Positions 19,411-30,403 of a DNA stretch of 59,160 nucleotides are shown in pieces. The stretch is from IMG/VR virus record IMGVR_UViG_3300042516_004109, positions 1 through 59,160 of that record; one strand, given 5' to 3'. This stretch comes from a virus (lineage: Duplodnaviria; Caudoviricetes). Both the position numbers and the translations under genes were made by a program. Position 1 is the stretch's first letter. Each line of letters opens with the position of its first letter. The notes below the pieces were generated by a model. It had not been told where the DNA came from. It searched no databases and worked only from the letters and a program-made list of their open reading frames with translations.

Positions 19411-22400
19411 ATGCAGTTTAATATTAATCCATACAATGATGATTTTGAGCAAAATGCGTTAGATAATAACTATATGCGCATTATGTTTAAGCCTGGTAGG
19501 GCTGTGCAGACCCGCGAGTTGACACAGATACAGTCAATCTTACAAAATCAGATTAAACAATTTGGAGACCATGTTTTCCAAGATGGATCTCCAGTTATCG
19601 GTGGTAATTTAACGCTCGATAATAAAACTACATTTATTAAGCTCCTAGAAACATTTGAAAATACAGATATCGAGGTCGAAGAATTTAACGGCACGGTGAT
19701 TCGAAACACCTCTGGTACAGTCCAGGCAAAGGTTTTAGCAACGCACTTCCCAACCGACGGTATTCCGACGCTCATGGTTCGTTACATAACTGGTAATGAA
19801 TTTATAGATGGAGATACAATCACTATTGCGGGAACAACAACAAGAGCGCAGTTAATTGCATCAAATTCAACTGGTTTCGGGACCATAGTTTCCATCAATG
19901 AAGGCGTGTTTTATGCTGATGGGTTCTTTGTACAGGTCGGCAATCAAACCACAGTTGTTTCTGCATATTCAACTAGTGCAAATGTTAAAATTGGTCTAGA
20001 AATCAACGAAGAGTTTATTGATAGTGACATCGATGCAACTCTTTTAGACCCAGCACAAGAATCATTCAACTATCAAGCTCCAGGCGCAGATCGTTATCAA
20101 TTTAGTTTGATTCTTTCGACGCGTCCTATTGATACAGTTATCGACGAATCAAAGTTCTTCGAATTAATGCGCGTTGAGAATGGCGCAGTTACAAAACAAG
20201 TTAAGTATCCAATTTATGCTGAACTTGAAAAAACGCTTGCTCGTCGCACATTTGATGAATCAGGCGATTATACTGTAAAACCTTTCCGTGCATCTCTTTT
20301 AGACGGAACAGACGCCAACAACTATACAATTTCCATTGAGCCAGGAAAGGCTTATGTTAAGGGTTTCGAGTTTGAAACTATCGGAACTTTAAAGATCGAT
20401 GCACCAAAACCTCGTTCAGCATCAGATGTCAAGTCTCTTGTTGATACAGATGTTGATTTGTCTTACGGCAATTTTGTTTATGTAACGGCACTTCGCGGTT
20501 CAAGCAATGGATTCATTAATATTGCTGCGCTAGAAAAGATCGATGTTCACTGCGTCGACACATCAAAGGTTGCAGTTGGATTAGGAACATCGGCAAATTC
20601 TCAACTATATCAGAACACTCGTATTGGTTCTGTTCGTGTGAAGAATTTTATTCGCTCCACGGCTGATGCATTTGATGCAGTTGGAGACTCAAACGGTGTT
20701 TATTTGCTTTATATGTCTGAAGTGAGCATGGATCCAAAGGTTGTCAAGGTTACAGCTGCATCTTCTAATTCAAATACTATTCGACTTCAAGATAAGATGT
20801 CAGCAGTTGATAATGCTTATCGTAATGTCTCTGTGACAATTCTACCTGTTAGATTAGATGCAATTGCAAATGTTGCAACAGCAAATGTTTTTGCTGGATC
20901 TTATCGTCTAAATGCTAATTCTGCAGTAGCCAATGTGTTTAGTGGTGCTAATGTAAGTGTTGGTTCTGTTATTAAAGTTGGTAAAGATGTTCGTGAAGTT
21001 GTATCAGTAAATACGATTGGAGACTTCTTGACTGTTAATACTGAGTTTAGTCAAACTATTGTTGGTACAAACAGCTCTACAAATCCTCTACAAGTATTCA
21101 TTCAAACTGCATATAATCAAAATGTATCAAGTCAAACAAGAACCGTTCAACGATATGATGGTACTACAAAAACTATATTTTTAGATGCGCCATTTGATAA
21201 TAATGGTATTGCTGATGTAAATTCAGTTGTTCAACTAGATTTTGATATGGCTCATGCAGAATCATTTATTGCTGGTCCATCTGTGTCAAATGTTCTTGTT
21301 GCAGGCGCAAACGCCTCGATGAACATCTCTATTCAATCTCAAAAGACTGGTGGTGAAACTGTAGCTGAAGATAAATCGCGCAATGCAATGATCTTCCAAC
21401 TCCCAGGAAATTACATCAAACGAGCCTCATTAAATAATGCTGATTATAACTACAATAAAATTGTTTTAAATCGATCAAATACTGGTACATCAAATATTTT
21501 TGCTTTGTCGCAGGGTGCAGGTTTAGAATCATTCGAAACCATCCCATTTGCAGACTCTACGAGAGCAATTCAAGATAATCTAATTGTAATTGTTCGTGAT
21601 AATAATGGAAACACAAGTTATCCAAATGGCACAATGTTACAATTGACTGCAGCAAATGTTACAATAGCATCTCCTGCAACAACCATCACAATTGATACAT
21701 TCGTTCCAGATATTCTAAAAGTTGATATTATTCTCACGACCAAGCAAAATGATTCTGAAGATAAAATTCGTAAGAAAAATTTCTTTAGTAATACAAATTA
21801 TGTTGGAACACGAACTAATTTTACATATCCAACTACAGCAAGTGGAAATACAACAGTTACTATACCAAATCATGGTGTTGTTGCAAATGTTGATGTTGCA
21901 AATGGACTTATTTTCTTGACTGATGTCACTTTTAACTCGGTACGACCTGGCGACTCTATCTCTCTATTTGTGCCTGATGTTGTTAAGATTCGAAAAGTTC
22001 TTGCTGGCAACACAACACATCTACCAGATGTAAACAATGTAAGAGATATAACTGATCATTTCTATGTTGATTATGGTCAACGAGATGATGTTTATGAACA
22101 CGCAAAACTTATTTTAAAAACTGGTTTTGATAATCCAAATGCTAAACTATTAGTGCATCTAGATCTATATCAACATGTGTATATTAGTGGATCAAATGTT
22201 TCATTCTTCTCAGTTGATTCATATTCTGAGAGTAAATATGAATCTGGTTCAATTCCTATCTACAAATCATCAACAGGAAAAGTCTATTATTTGCGTGACT
22301 GTTTAGATTTTAGACCAACTCGCACTATCGGCGATGTTTCAAATTCATTTACAGTTCCGAATTTTCCATCTGTTGATGAGGTTTCTGAGTTGTCGTTGCA

Positions 22401-23625
22401 ATATTATTTGCCTCGCATTGATAAACTTGTTCTTTCAAAAGATAAAGAATTTAGAGTTATTCAAGGTAAGTCTGCTCCGCAGCCTCTACCACCAGAAGAT
22501 TTAGATGATGCTATGACATTATACACATTATATCTTCCACCATATGTGGCTGATATTCGTGAGATCAGAACAAAATATATCGAAAATCGTCGTTTTACGA
22601 TGAAAGACATCTCTTCTATTGAGAAGCGTTTACAAAAAGTTGAATTTTTTGTCTCTCTAAATAATGTTGAAAAACTTGCATTGAGTGATAAGACTCAATA
22701 TGAAGATGGTACTGAAAAAGAAAAATTTGGTATTGTCGGTGAGAATTTCAGAACCTTTAATATTGCAGATTTCAATAATGACGATTTTAGAGTTGCATTA
22801 GAAAATGGGTTCATGATTCCAACCATGAGAACTGTTCCACTTGGATTTAAACCTCTTTCTCTATCAGATACAACCTTAAATAAGAAAACAGTAAGTTTAC
22901 AATTTACTGAAACACCAGCAATCTCACAACCTCTTGTCTCAAACAAGGGAGTTGGTGTGCAACCATTCTTGTTTGGTCAATTTAATGGCAGCGTTGAATT
23001 GAAGCCTGACACAGATTATTGGACAGCAGAAGATTTGAAACCAGAAATTATCTCAGTTCCAGAAAGAATCATTGAACACACAACTGTGATTCGTGATATT
23101 GTTGTTGAACCACCTTCACCACCAACTCTTCCAACTCCAACAAGTAATGCAAATACAGTAATTATTGTAACACCTGGTGGTGATCCACCGCCCCCTTCTG
23201 GAAATGTTGTGGTTACATTACCTGCGCCACCAGCTCCTGTAATTGGTTCCGATCAAGATGATACTGATCGAATTCCAATAGTAATTGACTATGATCCACC
23301 AATCAAATTTGACGACGATCTATGGTGGGGTGGTATTCGTACTGATGGAATCGGCAGACCACCTCGTTTCTATGGAAATTTGTGGCAATTTGGTGGCACA
23401 TTAGGTGGTGATAATTTATGGACACCAAGTTATCCAATTGAAGCACCAATGCAAATTGATCCAAATACAATACAATCTCCAAATCCTGTATCTTCTCAGC
23501 CAATAACGCTAGACAATGGAAACGCGGGTTTTACTGGTGGACTTAATCATATGAACACATTAGATGGTGAAATCAGTGGTGGTGGTTCTGGTACATTCGA
23601 TAATTATAATTACTCAAAGGTATAA
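19411..23625 (+). CDS. Large virion structural protein, VrlC/DUF4815-like N-terminal part
   Basis: NINPY.DDF, FKPGRAVQ.RELTQ.QS.LQNQI, APGADR, LARRTFDESGDY, YYLPRID. Confidence 0.8.
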   Translation: MQFNINPYNDDFEQNALDNNYMRIMFKPGRAVQTRELTQIQSILQNQIKQFGDHVFQDGSPVIGGNLTLDNKTTFIKLLETFENTDIEVEEFNGTVIRNTSGTVQAKVLATHFPTDGIPTLMVRYITGNEFIDGDTITIAGTTTRAQLIASNSTGFGTIVSINEGVFYADGFFVQVGNQTTVVSAYSTSANVKIGLEINEEFIDSDIDATLLDPAQESFNYQAPGADRYQFSLILSTRPIDTVIDESKFFELMRVENGAVTKQVKYPIYAELEKTLARRTFDESGDYTVKPFRASLLDGTDANNYTISIEPGKAYVKGFEFETIGTLKIDAPKPRSASDVKSLVDTDVDLSYGNFVYVTALRGSSNGFINIAALEKIDVHCVDTSKVAVGLGTSANSQLYQNTRIGSVRVKNFIRSTADAFDAVGDSNGVYLLYMSEVSMDPKVVKVTAASSNSNTIRLQDKMSAVDNAYRNVSVTILPVRLDAIANVATANVFAGSYRLNANSAVANVFSGANVSVGSVIKVGKDVREVVSVNTIGDFLTVNTEFSQTIVGTNSSTNPLQVFIQTAYNQNVSSQTRTVQRYDGTTKTIFLDAPFDNNGIADVNSVVQLDFDMAHAESFIAGPSVSNVLVAGANASMNISIQSQKTGGETVAEDKSRNAMIFQLPGNYIKRASLNNADYNYNKIVLNRSNTGTSNIFALSQGAGLESFETIPFADSTRAIQDNLIVIVRDNNGNTSYPNGTMLQLTAANVTIASPATTITIDTFVPDILKVDIILTTKQNDSEDKIRKKNFFSNTNYVGTRTNFTYPTTASGNTTVTIPNHGVVANVDVANGLIFLTDVTFNSVRPGDSISLFVPDVVKIRKVLAGNTTHLPDVNNVRDITDHFYVDYGQRDDVYEHAKLILKTGFDNPNAKLLVHLDLYQHVYISGSNVSFFSVDSYSESKYESGSIPIYKSSTGKVYYLRDCLDFRPTRTIGDVSNSFTVPNFPSVDEVSELSLQYYLPRIDKLVLSKDKEFRVIQGKSAPQPLPPEDLDDAMTLYTLYLPPYVADIREIRTKYIENRRFTMKDISSIEKRLQKVEFFVSLNNVEKLALSDKTQYEDGTEKEKFGIVGENFRTFNIADFNNDDFRVALENGFMIPTMRTVPLGFKPLSLSDTTLNKKTVSLQFTETPAISQPLVSNKGVGVQPFLFGQFNGSVELKPDTDYWTAEDLKPEIISVPERIIEHTTVIRDIVVEPPSPPTLPTPTSNANTVIIVTPGGDPPPPSGNVVVTLPAPPAPVIGSDQDDTDRIPIVIDYDPPIKFDDDLWWGGIRTDGIGRPPRFYGNLWQFGGTLGGDNLWTPSYPIEAPMQIDPNTIQSPNPVSSQPITLDNGNAGFTGGLNHMNTLDGEISGGGSGTFDNYNYSKV

Positions 23626-23631
23626 AATTAC

Positions 23632-26600
23632 ATGTCAATTACAACTAATTACGGTAAATTGGTAGTAGATACAAGTCTTATTCCATACATTCGCTATAAG
23701 GATGTAGAATTTACAGCACATAACTTATTACCATTTACATTGGCTAAATTATTTTTTGATGATGTTGCTGTTAATAATTTTTGCCAAGCTGGTGGACAAC
23801 TGCAACTAGATTCAAAGAAAATTATTACGATAAGTCGCAATAATGCCGTTGGTATCACTGCAACAGATATTGTTTTTCAGGGCACATCAAATACTGTTAA
23901 TACATTTAATGGTTTAATTGAATCATTTAATTCAAATGATTCTACAGTTACAATTCGTCGTTTAAGCGGCGATTTTGATGAAACTGCTCAGCTGTTTATT
24001 GAGAGTGTAAGCACTGGTTCAGTATATGCAAACTGTAATGTTGTTTCTGTGACTAATTTTCAAACATCTGATTCGTTTTATCCAGGCGAAGGTATAGTTG
24101 CTCCACAACGCAGTAATGCATTTGCAACTGTTATTGCTACATCTGGAGAAAATAATCTTTATATTAATCAAAATTATATTAATTTAAATGTTGATGCAGT
24201 CGGTGTTAATGTTCTATCGTCGATGAGTTCTGACTATAAAGATGGTGACATTGTATATCAAACAAGTAGCGGAACTAATCGTTATGACCAAGCAACATTT
24301 AAAGGTATTGTTCGTTTCTTCAATGTAAGCGGCGCAGGTTCTATTGCAATTGAGCCATATGAAGGCGTCGTTGTAGCAAATGCTAATTTTGCTGGATCAA
24401 ATGTTCTTGTGCAGATGTGGAATGCTTCAACTCCATCATCGAAACCCCTTGCAGCAAATGCCTTTAATACTCTTGGTATTGCATCAAACAATTTTATTCG
24501 TAGTGTGACAAACACTTCTGTCAATATTAATGTGAGTTCATTTATACATCGTTCTGGTGTGATTGCAAATACATTAGCACCAAACACATCAACAGTGATG
24601 CTTGTTACAGGTAGTGGCAATAATCCTGCGAATGGTAACTTGATTTACTTCACAACTGGCACTGGTGTTGGCGAACTTCGCCGTGTTGTTTCGATTAGTA
24701 ATGAGCAAGCTGTTTTAAATAGTGCTCTATCATTTACACCTACATCAAATACACATTATTCAATTGGTAATTTTGAAGTTGATCAAAATGGAACATTGTC
24801 TGGTATTTTCCATATTCCTTCGTATCCATCTTTCAAATTTAAAACTGGTAATCGCATCTTTACAATTACAGATACTGCTCGCTATAATGATCCAGATTAT
24901 AAGATGAGAGCATCTGCAGTTTATGCAGCAAGTGGTCTTCTAAAGCAAACACAACGCATTCAAACAACACCAGTATTACAGCCATTACCTGAAACATTTG
25001 CTGATATTCCAGTCGTACCATTAAATCCTTCTGATCGTACATTTAATGGAGCATCAACAAAGTCCCCTGTCACTGGTTCTACGGCATCAACCACACCAAG
25101 AATACCACTCGGTGATGGATTGGCTCAAACTTTCTATACACCGAAGCCAGCTGGCAATCAACAAGATTATGGAATTTTCTGTAGTTCAATTGATCTATTC
25201 TTTAAGAGTAAGCCATCAGTTTCGCAACACTTTCAAAATTCTAAATCAATTTCTCGCGGTTCTTTGCAATTACCAGTCACTGTTAAAATTGCTGAAGTGC
25301 AGAATGGGTATCCAACAAAGAATTATTTGGCTTCTAAAACAATACAAGCAAAAGATGTTAAAGTATCAGAAGTTCCAAGTGTTTCAAATACAGCAACTGT
25401 AACGAAATTCTCTTTTGACGATCCAGTTTACTTAGAACCAAATCGTGAATATGCAATCATTGTAGGTTCAGATTCACCAGACTATGAAGTTTGGATTGCT
25501 GAATTGGGAACAGATGTATTTGGAGTTACTCCACCAAGACGCATCTCTGAACAACCATATGCAGGTTCGTTCTTTAGATCTCAAAACTCGTCAACCTGGT
25601 CTCCATATCAAAATCAAGATCTAATGTTTGTATTAAATAAAGCAGTGTTTGAAACATCAGGCACGGCAACATTTAACCTTGAAGATACACCAACCTCAAA
25701 TACTCTGATCGACCGCGTCATGCTAATGTCATCAGATTTAAGATTCCCAGTTGGTATTGTTGACTATAATCTAAAAGGCAAATATGCTATTGATAGTACA
25801 ACAGAACCTTCTGGTGTGTTTTTAACACCACATGTTGCCCTTGAATATGGAACATTACTTGATCGCTCTGGTAAACAATCCTCGGGATCATTCTTAAATC
25901 GTCGCATTCTTGAGCGCGGAAATGCAAACAGTTTTGTTATGTCTGTACAGATGTCGACAAGTGATCCAAATATTTCCCCAATCGTAAATACAGAGCGTTT
26001 GGCAGTTATAGGTGTCGCTTATGGCATCAATAATGCTGGTTTAGTTAACACTGATATTTCTATAACTAATTCTGGTGTAGGCTATAATGCAGTTTCAACA
26101 ACTGGCAATGTGATTAAAGGTGGATCGAATAATTCGATTAACAACTTTGCTCAGTTATACAGACAAACATTCTATGCTAATAATTATAATGTTGGTTTCT
26201 ATAATATAACAATCACGAATAATCCAAACGACAACGGCAGTGGCGCAACTGGCTTTGCTGTTGCAAATACAGATGGATCAAATACAGTTAATCATATTGT
26301 AATTACGACTGTCGGAAGTGGATATCTAGAAACACCAACAATCTCTATTGAAAATGGCAATGCTGCTTCTGCAATTGAAGCTCGTGCTCTTGTTTCTGGT
26401 GAAACAGGAAAGAACGGTGGTAATATTCTTGCTAAATATATCACTCGCGAAATAGTTCTCGGAGATGACTTTGAGTCAGGTGACCTTCGCGTCTTTATGG
26501 ATGCGATTCTACCAACTGCATGCAACATTGATGTATACTACAAAGTTCTTTCCTCGGATGATCCAGAAAAAATTTCGAGTAAGAGTTATCGTAGAATGGA

Positions 26601-26823
26601 AAAGGTTAAGGAAGTATATTCCAAGAATTCAAAAAACATAATTGCATTAGAATATCGTCCTTCTTTGGAAGAAAATAGAATCAATTACACCGAAAATGGA
26701 ATTTCTTATCCAATTGGTGGAGCATTTAAGAATTTTCAAATTAAGGTCTGCTTAACTTCAAGTGATGCGTCTATCGTTCCAAAAATCAGCAACTTAAGAA
26801 TTATTGCTGTTCCAGAGGGTTAA
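23632..26823 (+). CDS. Large virion structural protein, VrlC/DUF4815-like C-terminal part
   Basis: IPYIR, LAQTF, SIDLFF, F.FDDPVYL, QPYAGSFFRSQNSSTW...Q..DL.F, ends LRIIA. Confidence 0.75.
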   Translation: MSITTNYGKLVVDTSLIPYIRYKDVEFTAHNLLPFTLAKLFFDDVAVNNFCQAGGQLQLDSKKIITISRNNAVGITATDIVFQGTSNTVNTFNGLIESFNSNDSTVTIRRLSGDFDETAQLFIESVSTGSVYANCNVVSVTNFQTSDSFYPGEGIVAPQRSNAFATVIATSGENNLYINQNYINLNVDAVGVNVLSSMSSDYKDGDIVYQTSSGTNRYDQATFKGIVRFFNVSGAGSIAIEPYEGVVVANANFAGSNVLVQMWNASTPSSKPLAANAFNTLGIASNNFIRSVTNTSVNINVSSFIHRSGVIANTLAPNTSTVMLVTGSGNNPANGNLIYFTTGTGVGELRRVVSISNEQAVLNSALSFTPTSNTHYSIGNFEVDQNGTLSGIFHIPSYPSFKFKTGNRIFTITDTARYNDPDYKMRASAVYAASGLLKQTQRIQTTPVLQPLPETFADIPVVPLNPSDRTFNGASTKSPVTGSTASTTPRIPLGDGLAQTFYTPKPAGNQQDYGIFCSSIDLFFKSKPSVSQHFQNSKSISRGSLQLPVTVKIAEVQNGYPTKNYLASKTIQAKDVKVSEVPSVSNTATVTKFSFDDPVYLEPNREYAIIVGSDSPDYEVWIAELGTDVFGVTPPRRISEQPYAGSFFRSQNSSTWSPYQNQDLMFVLNKAVFETSGTATFNLEDTPTSNTLIDRVMLMSSDLRFPVGIVDYNLKGKYAIDSTTEPSGVFLTPHVALEYGTLLDRSGKQSSGSFLNRRILERGNANSFVMSVQMSTSDPNISPIVNTERLAVIGVAYGINNAGLVNTDISITNSGVGYNAVSTTGNVIKGGSNNSINNFAQLYRQTFYANNYNVGFYNITITNNPNDNGSGATGFAVANTDGSNTVNHIVITTVGSGYLETPTISIENGNAASAIEARALVSGETGKNGGNILAKYITREIVLGDDFESGDLRVFMDAILPTACNIDVYYKVLSSDDPEKISSKSYRRMEKVKEVYSKNSKNIIALEYRPSLEENRINYTENGISYPIGGAFKNFQIKVCLTSSDASIVPKISNLRIIAVPEG

Positions 26824-26824
26824 G

Positions 26825-27052
26825 ATGGAAGATAAAGCGCGAGTGTCAGATAATATGGATTTTGTAAAGGATATGAATAACTTTACATTATTGAACACTA
26901 ATAAGTCAGCTGTAGCAAAGCACCAACAAAAAATAGCTGAATTGAAGAAAGCGAAACTCGTAGAGTTAGAGATAAATAATCTAAAGACAGAAGTTTCTGA
27001 AATTAAAAGTATGTTAGGACAAATTTTAAAAGCCGTCGGCGGTGAGAAATAA
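26825..27052 (+). CDS. Small coiled-coil virion protein (start MEDK)
   Basis: EINNLKTEVSEIKSMLGQIL heptads; usual position after VrlC-like genes. Confidence 0.7.
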   Translation: MEDKARVSDNMDFVKDMNNFTLLNTNKSAVAKHQQKIAELKKAKLVELEINNLKTEVSEIKSMLGQILKAVGGEK

Positions 27053-27055
27053 AAT

Positions 27056-28609
27056 ATGGCAAACACAATTAATGTTGCAATTATTAGCACAGCAAATACC
27101 TTCAATCAGTGGCGTATTAATGACAATCTCATGGCGAACGACATTAATGAGATTGTTCGCGGCAATTTTGTAAAACCTAAAGGAAATGTTACGATTAATG
27201 AAGGCTTTTTAAGACTTGCAAATACTACTGGTGGTGTTGTTCTCGATGTTGCTGATGATACAAATATCGATGGAACTTTAACTGTATTTAATGTTGAGTT
27301 AGATAATTCAACAAATCATCTATATGTCGACGCTGGTGATATTCATTATCGCCGTATGGGTGCAACTGATCTATATCAGATTAATACAAACACAGTTATC
27401 TATGCAACAAATGTAAGCATCTCAAATGCAACTGTTGGCGGAACATTTAATGTTTCTTCAAATACGCTGATCACTGCCTCGAATGTAACGATCTCAAATA
27501 CTCAGGTTGGCGGAACATTTAATGTGGCATCAAATACCACGATTTCTTCTCAGAAAGTAAGAGTTTCGAACACAACAGCAGATGCAAGATTTAATGTTTC
27601 CCCAAACACTTACTTCTTCGGTAATCATGTCAATATAGCAAACACTCATAGTGCTGCAACCTTCGAAGTTACACCAAATACCTTTATCTTTGCAAGCGCG
27701 AATGTTTCTGCTAATGTCAATGTTGGCGCAAGACTAGAAGTTACTGGTAACGCAAATCTATACTCTAATCTTGCAGTAGCCTGGAATACATTTACTGGGA
27801 ACGCCACTGTAACTCAAAATACTGTTACAGGTAATCTTGCTGTTACCCAAAATACGTCAACGGGAAATCTTGCTGTAACTCAAAATACGACATCAGGAAA
27901 TCTCGTTGTATCAAATAGAACTCAAACAAATAATTTAACAGTAGTAAGTCTTGCAAATATCTCAAATGCTAATTTGATCAATGCAACAATCACTACATTG
28001 ACTGTAATTGATCCGATTCAAGCACCAGCAACAACTGCTGATGACAAGTATATTCTTCGTTTCGGTGCAACAACAGATGGTAACGGAACATTTAGAGTAC
28101 AACGCTCTGCAGTTTCTGGGAATGCTGAATTATTCTGGAATGATATAACTGATTCTTGGAATTTCTTAGCAAATGGATTGCCGACGACTTTAAATACTGG
28201 AAATCTATCTGCTGCAAACTTAACTGTAACAGGTGCTATCAATACAACTGGAAACATCACAGGCACGATGAAGTCTGTGAAGGATTTCTTGGATACAAGC
28301 ACTGTTTCAGGAACTGTGTCTGCAAACCTTGCTAATTCAAACTGGTTCAAATACACTTTATCAGGTAATACAACATTCAATTTTATAAATGCTCCAATTT
28401 CTGGAACTTCAATGACATTCTCGTTGATTGTAATTCAAGGATCTGGTGGTGGAAAAACTGTTACTTTTAGTAATACAGTTTACTGGGCTGGTGGTCAAAT
28501 TCCTCCTGCTACAACAAGTGCTACTGGAAATACTGATTTGTGGACATTTACAACATATGATGGTGGCACATCATATATTGGCACTCTTGCTGTTAAAGAC
28601 GCTCGATAG
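27056..28609 (+). CDS. Tail fibre-like protein
   Basis: N-terminal ANTFNQWR..N anchor motif, Asn/Thr-rich beta repeats (GNLAVTQNT), C-terminal YWAGG.IPP...TYDGG domain. Confidence 0.75.
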   Translation: MANTINVAIISTANTFNQWRINDNLMANDINEIVRGNFVKPKGNVTINEGFLRLANTTGGVVLDVADDTNIDGTLTVFNVELDNSTNHLYVDAGDIHYRRMGATDLYQINTNTVIYATNVSISNATVGGTFNVSSNTLITASNVTISNTQVGGTFNVASNTTISSQKVRVSNTTADARFNVSPNTYFFGNHVNIANTHSAATFEVTPNTFIFASANVSANVNVGARLEVTGNANLYSNLAVAWNTFTGNATVTQNTVTGNLAVTQNTSTGNLAVTQNTTSGNLVVSNRTQTNNLTVVSLANISNANLINATITTLTVIDPIQAPATTADDKYILRFGATTDGNGTFRVQRSAVSGNAELFWNDITDSWNFLANGLPTTLNTGNLSAANLTVTGAINTTGNITGTMKSVKDFLDTSTVSGTVSANLANSNWFKYTLSGNTTFNFINAPISGTSMTFSLIVIQGSGGGKTVTFSNTVYWAGGQIPPATTSATGNTDLWTFTTYDGGTSYIGTLAVKDAR

Positions 28610-28617
28610 TATTATTC

Positions 28618-30360
28618 ATGGCACGCAGACCAGATACATTAGAGAAATCGTGGATTATTGGTCCATCGCGTGGCACACAAACATTTAATGCGCCATCGAA
28701 TCTTTTCATTGATTATGGTCGTCATGTCGCAACAGTCTCTGGTCGTGGTGGCTCTGGAAATGCTCCAGATGCAGTATATACATCAAATTATACCACAAAC
28801 TACAATATTGCTTATCCAATTTCAAATCAACCGATAGCAAATCGCCCAGAAACCGCATGGACAACAAACTACAATGTTGTTTATCCAATTGCAAATCAGC
28901 CGCTTGCAAATCAACCAGCAACTGCATTTACCACGAACTATACCACAAATTATAACATTGCGTATCCAATCGCAAACCAACCAGCGACTGCATACACAAT
29001 CAATTATAACACCAATTATAATATCGTATATCCAGTTGCAAATACACCAGAAACTGGTCGACCTGAAGTTGCGTGGGTAACAAACTATAATACTAATTAT
29101 AACACTGTGTATCCGATTGCGAATCAACCAGAAGCATCAAGACCTGTGACTGCATACTCTACGAATTATAACACTGTGTATCCAGTCGCGAATCAACCAG
29201 AAGCATCAAGACCTGTGACTGCATACTCTACGAATTATAATATTGCGTATCCAATCGATGAACAACCTGTTTTTGAAGTATTAACTGGATATAATACAAA
29301 CTATAATGTGATTTATCCAGTTGCAAATCAACCTGGAACTGGAACTTATAATCCAGCAACTTCGTTTAATTGGAATGCGTATATTGAATATGAGGTTGAA
29401 AAAAGAATAAGTGCACCAGCTGAGCCATTAGAATATTCAGTATTCGTAAGTAATGTGGAAAATAATTCTGGTTCAAATAACACTTGTCCAGTACCAGTTT
29501 ACACGGTTAATGGATTAATAAACAATGCGGCAAATGGACAACAGCAATATTACGCGGAATATACTTGCACACCTGTAGGAAATAATGAAAATTACAATAC
29601 CAATTATAATGTCGCATACCCAGTTGCTAACCAACCTGCAACATACAATCTTGCTTACAATACCAATTATAATGTTGCATATCCCGTAGCAAACCAACCT
29701 GCAACTGCATATTCTATTCTTTATAATACCAATTATAATGTCGCATACCCAGTTGCCAACCAACCAGCAACTGCGTATTCTATTCTTTATAATACCAATT
29801 ATAATGTCGCGTATCCAGTAGCAAATACACCAATTGCAAACCAACCAGCGACTGTATACACAATTAATTATGCAACGAATTATAACATTGCATATCCAAT
29901 CGCAAATCAGCCAGAAGCAGCGAGACCTATAACTGCATACTCAACGAATTATAATGTCGCATATCCAGTTGCCAATCAACCGATCGCAAACCAACCTGCC
30001 ACTGCATACACAATCAATTATAACACCAACTACAATGTAATCTATCCAATCGCAAATCAACCAATAACTGCATGGACGACAAATTATAGTACCAATTATA
30101 ACATTGTCTATCCAATCGCGAATCAGCCATTGGCGAATCAGCCTATCACAAGTTATATTCCTGGAAATGTTGGATCTGCGACTAATGTTCTCGGTGTAAA
30201 TTTCCCAGGTGGACCAATCGATCTTTCTGGGTTTAGTGGTCCTTCTGGAATAGCTCCTTATATCGCTGAAACTGTAGTTCAATATTGGCAGTATCCAGAT
30301 AACTCGAATTATCCCGTAGCAGTTCCACCTGGCGGACAAATTGTTGTCAAAATCGAGTAA
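28618..30360 (+). CDS. Repeat-stalk adhesin-like protein 1 (Tyr-tetrad/Pro-pentad repeats, unique central tip)
   Basis: Non-repetitive N (TFNAP..VSGRGG.GN) and C (FPGG...YPVAVPPGGQIVVKIE) ends flank YNTNYNVAY/PVANQ repeats; paralog of next gene. Confidence 0.7.
   Translation: MARRPDTLEKSWIIGPSRGTQTFNAPSNLFIDYGRHVATVSGRGGSGNAPDAVYTSNYTTNYNIAYPISNQPIANRPETAWTTNYNVVYPIANQPLANQPATAFTTNYTTNYNIAYPIANQPATAYTINYNTNYNIVYPVANTPETGRPEVAWVTNYNTNYNTVYPIANQPEASRPVTAYSTNYNTVYPVANQPEASRPVTAYSTNYNIAYPIDEQPVFEVLTGYNTNYNVIYPVANQPGTGTYNPATSFNWNAYIEYEVEKRISAPAEPLEYSVFVSNVENNSGSNNTCPVPVYTVNGLINNAANGQQQYYAEYTCTPVGNNENYNTNYNVAYPVANQPATYNLAYNTNYNVAYPVANQPATAYSILYNTNYNVAYPVANQPATAYSILYNTNYNVAYPVANTPIANQPATVYTINYATNYNIAYPIANQPEAARPITAYSTNYNVAYPVANQPIANQPATAYTINYNTNYNVIYPIANQPITAWTTNYSTNYNIVYPIANQPLANQPITSYIPGNVGSATNVLGVNFPGGPIDLSGFSGPSGIAPYIAETVVQYWQYPDNSNYPVAVPPGGQIVVKIE
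28780..30156 (+). repeat. Coding repeat array in two arms (28780-29349, about 29590-30156)
   Basis: Recurrent aataccaattataatgtcgc.tatccagt.gc.aa.caacc. Confidence 0.95.
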
Positions 30361-30371
30361 TTTAATATTCG

Positions 30372-30378
30372 CTAAATA
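30372..30378 (+). promoter_or_regulatory. Late promoter
   Basis: CTAAATA upstream of 30404. Confidence 0.6.
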
Positions 30379-30403
30379 CTATCATACAGTGTAGTGAGCG
30401 AAA

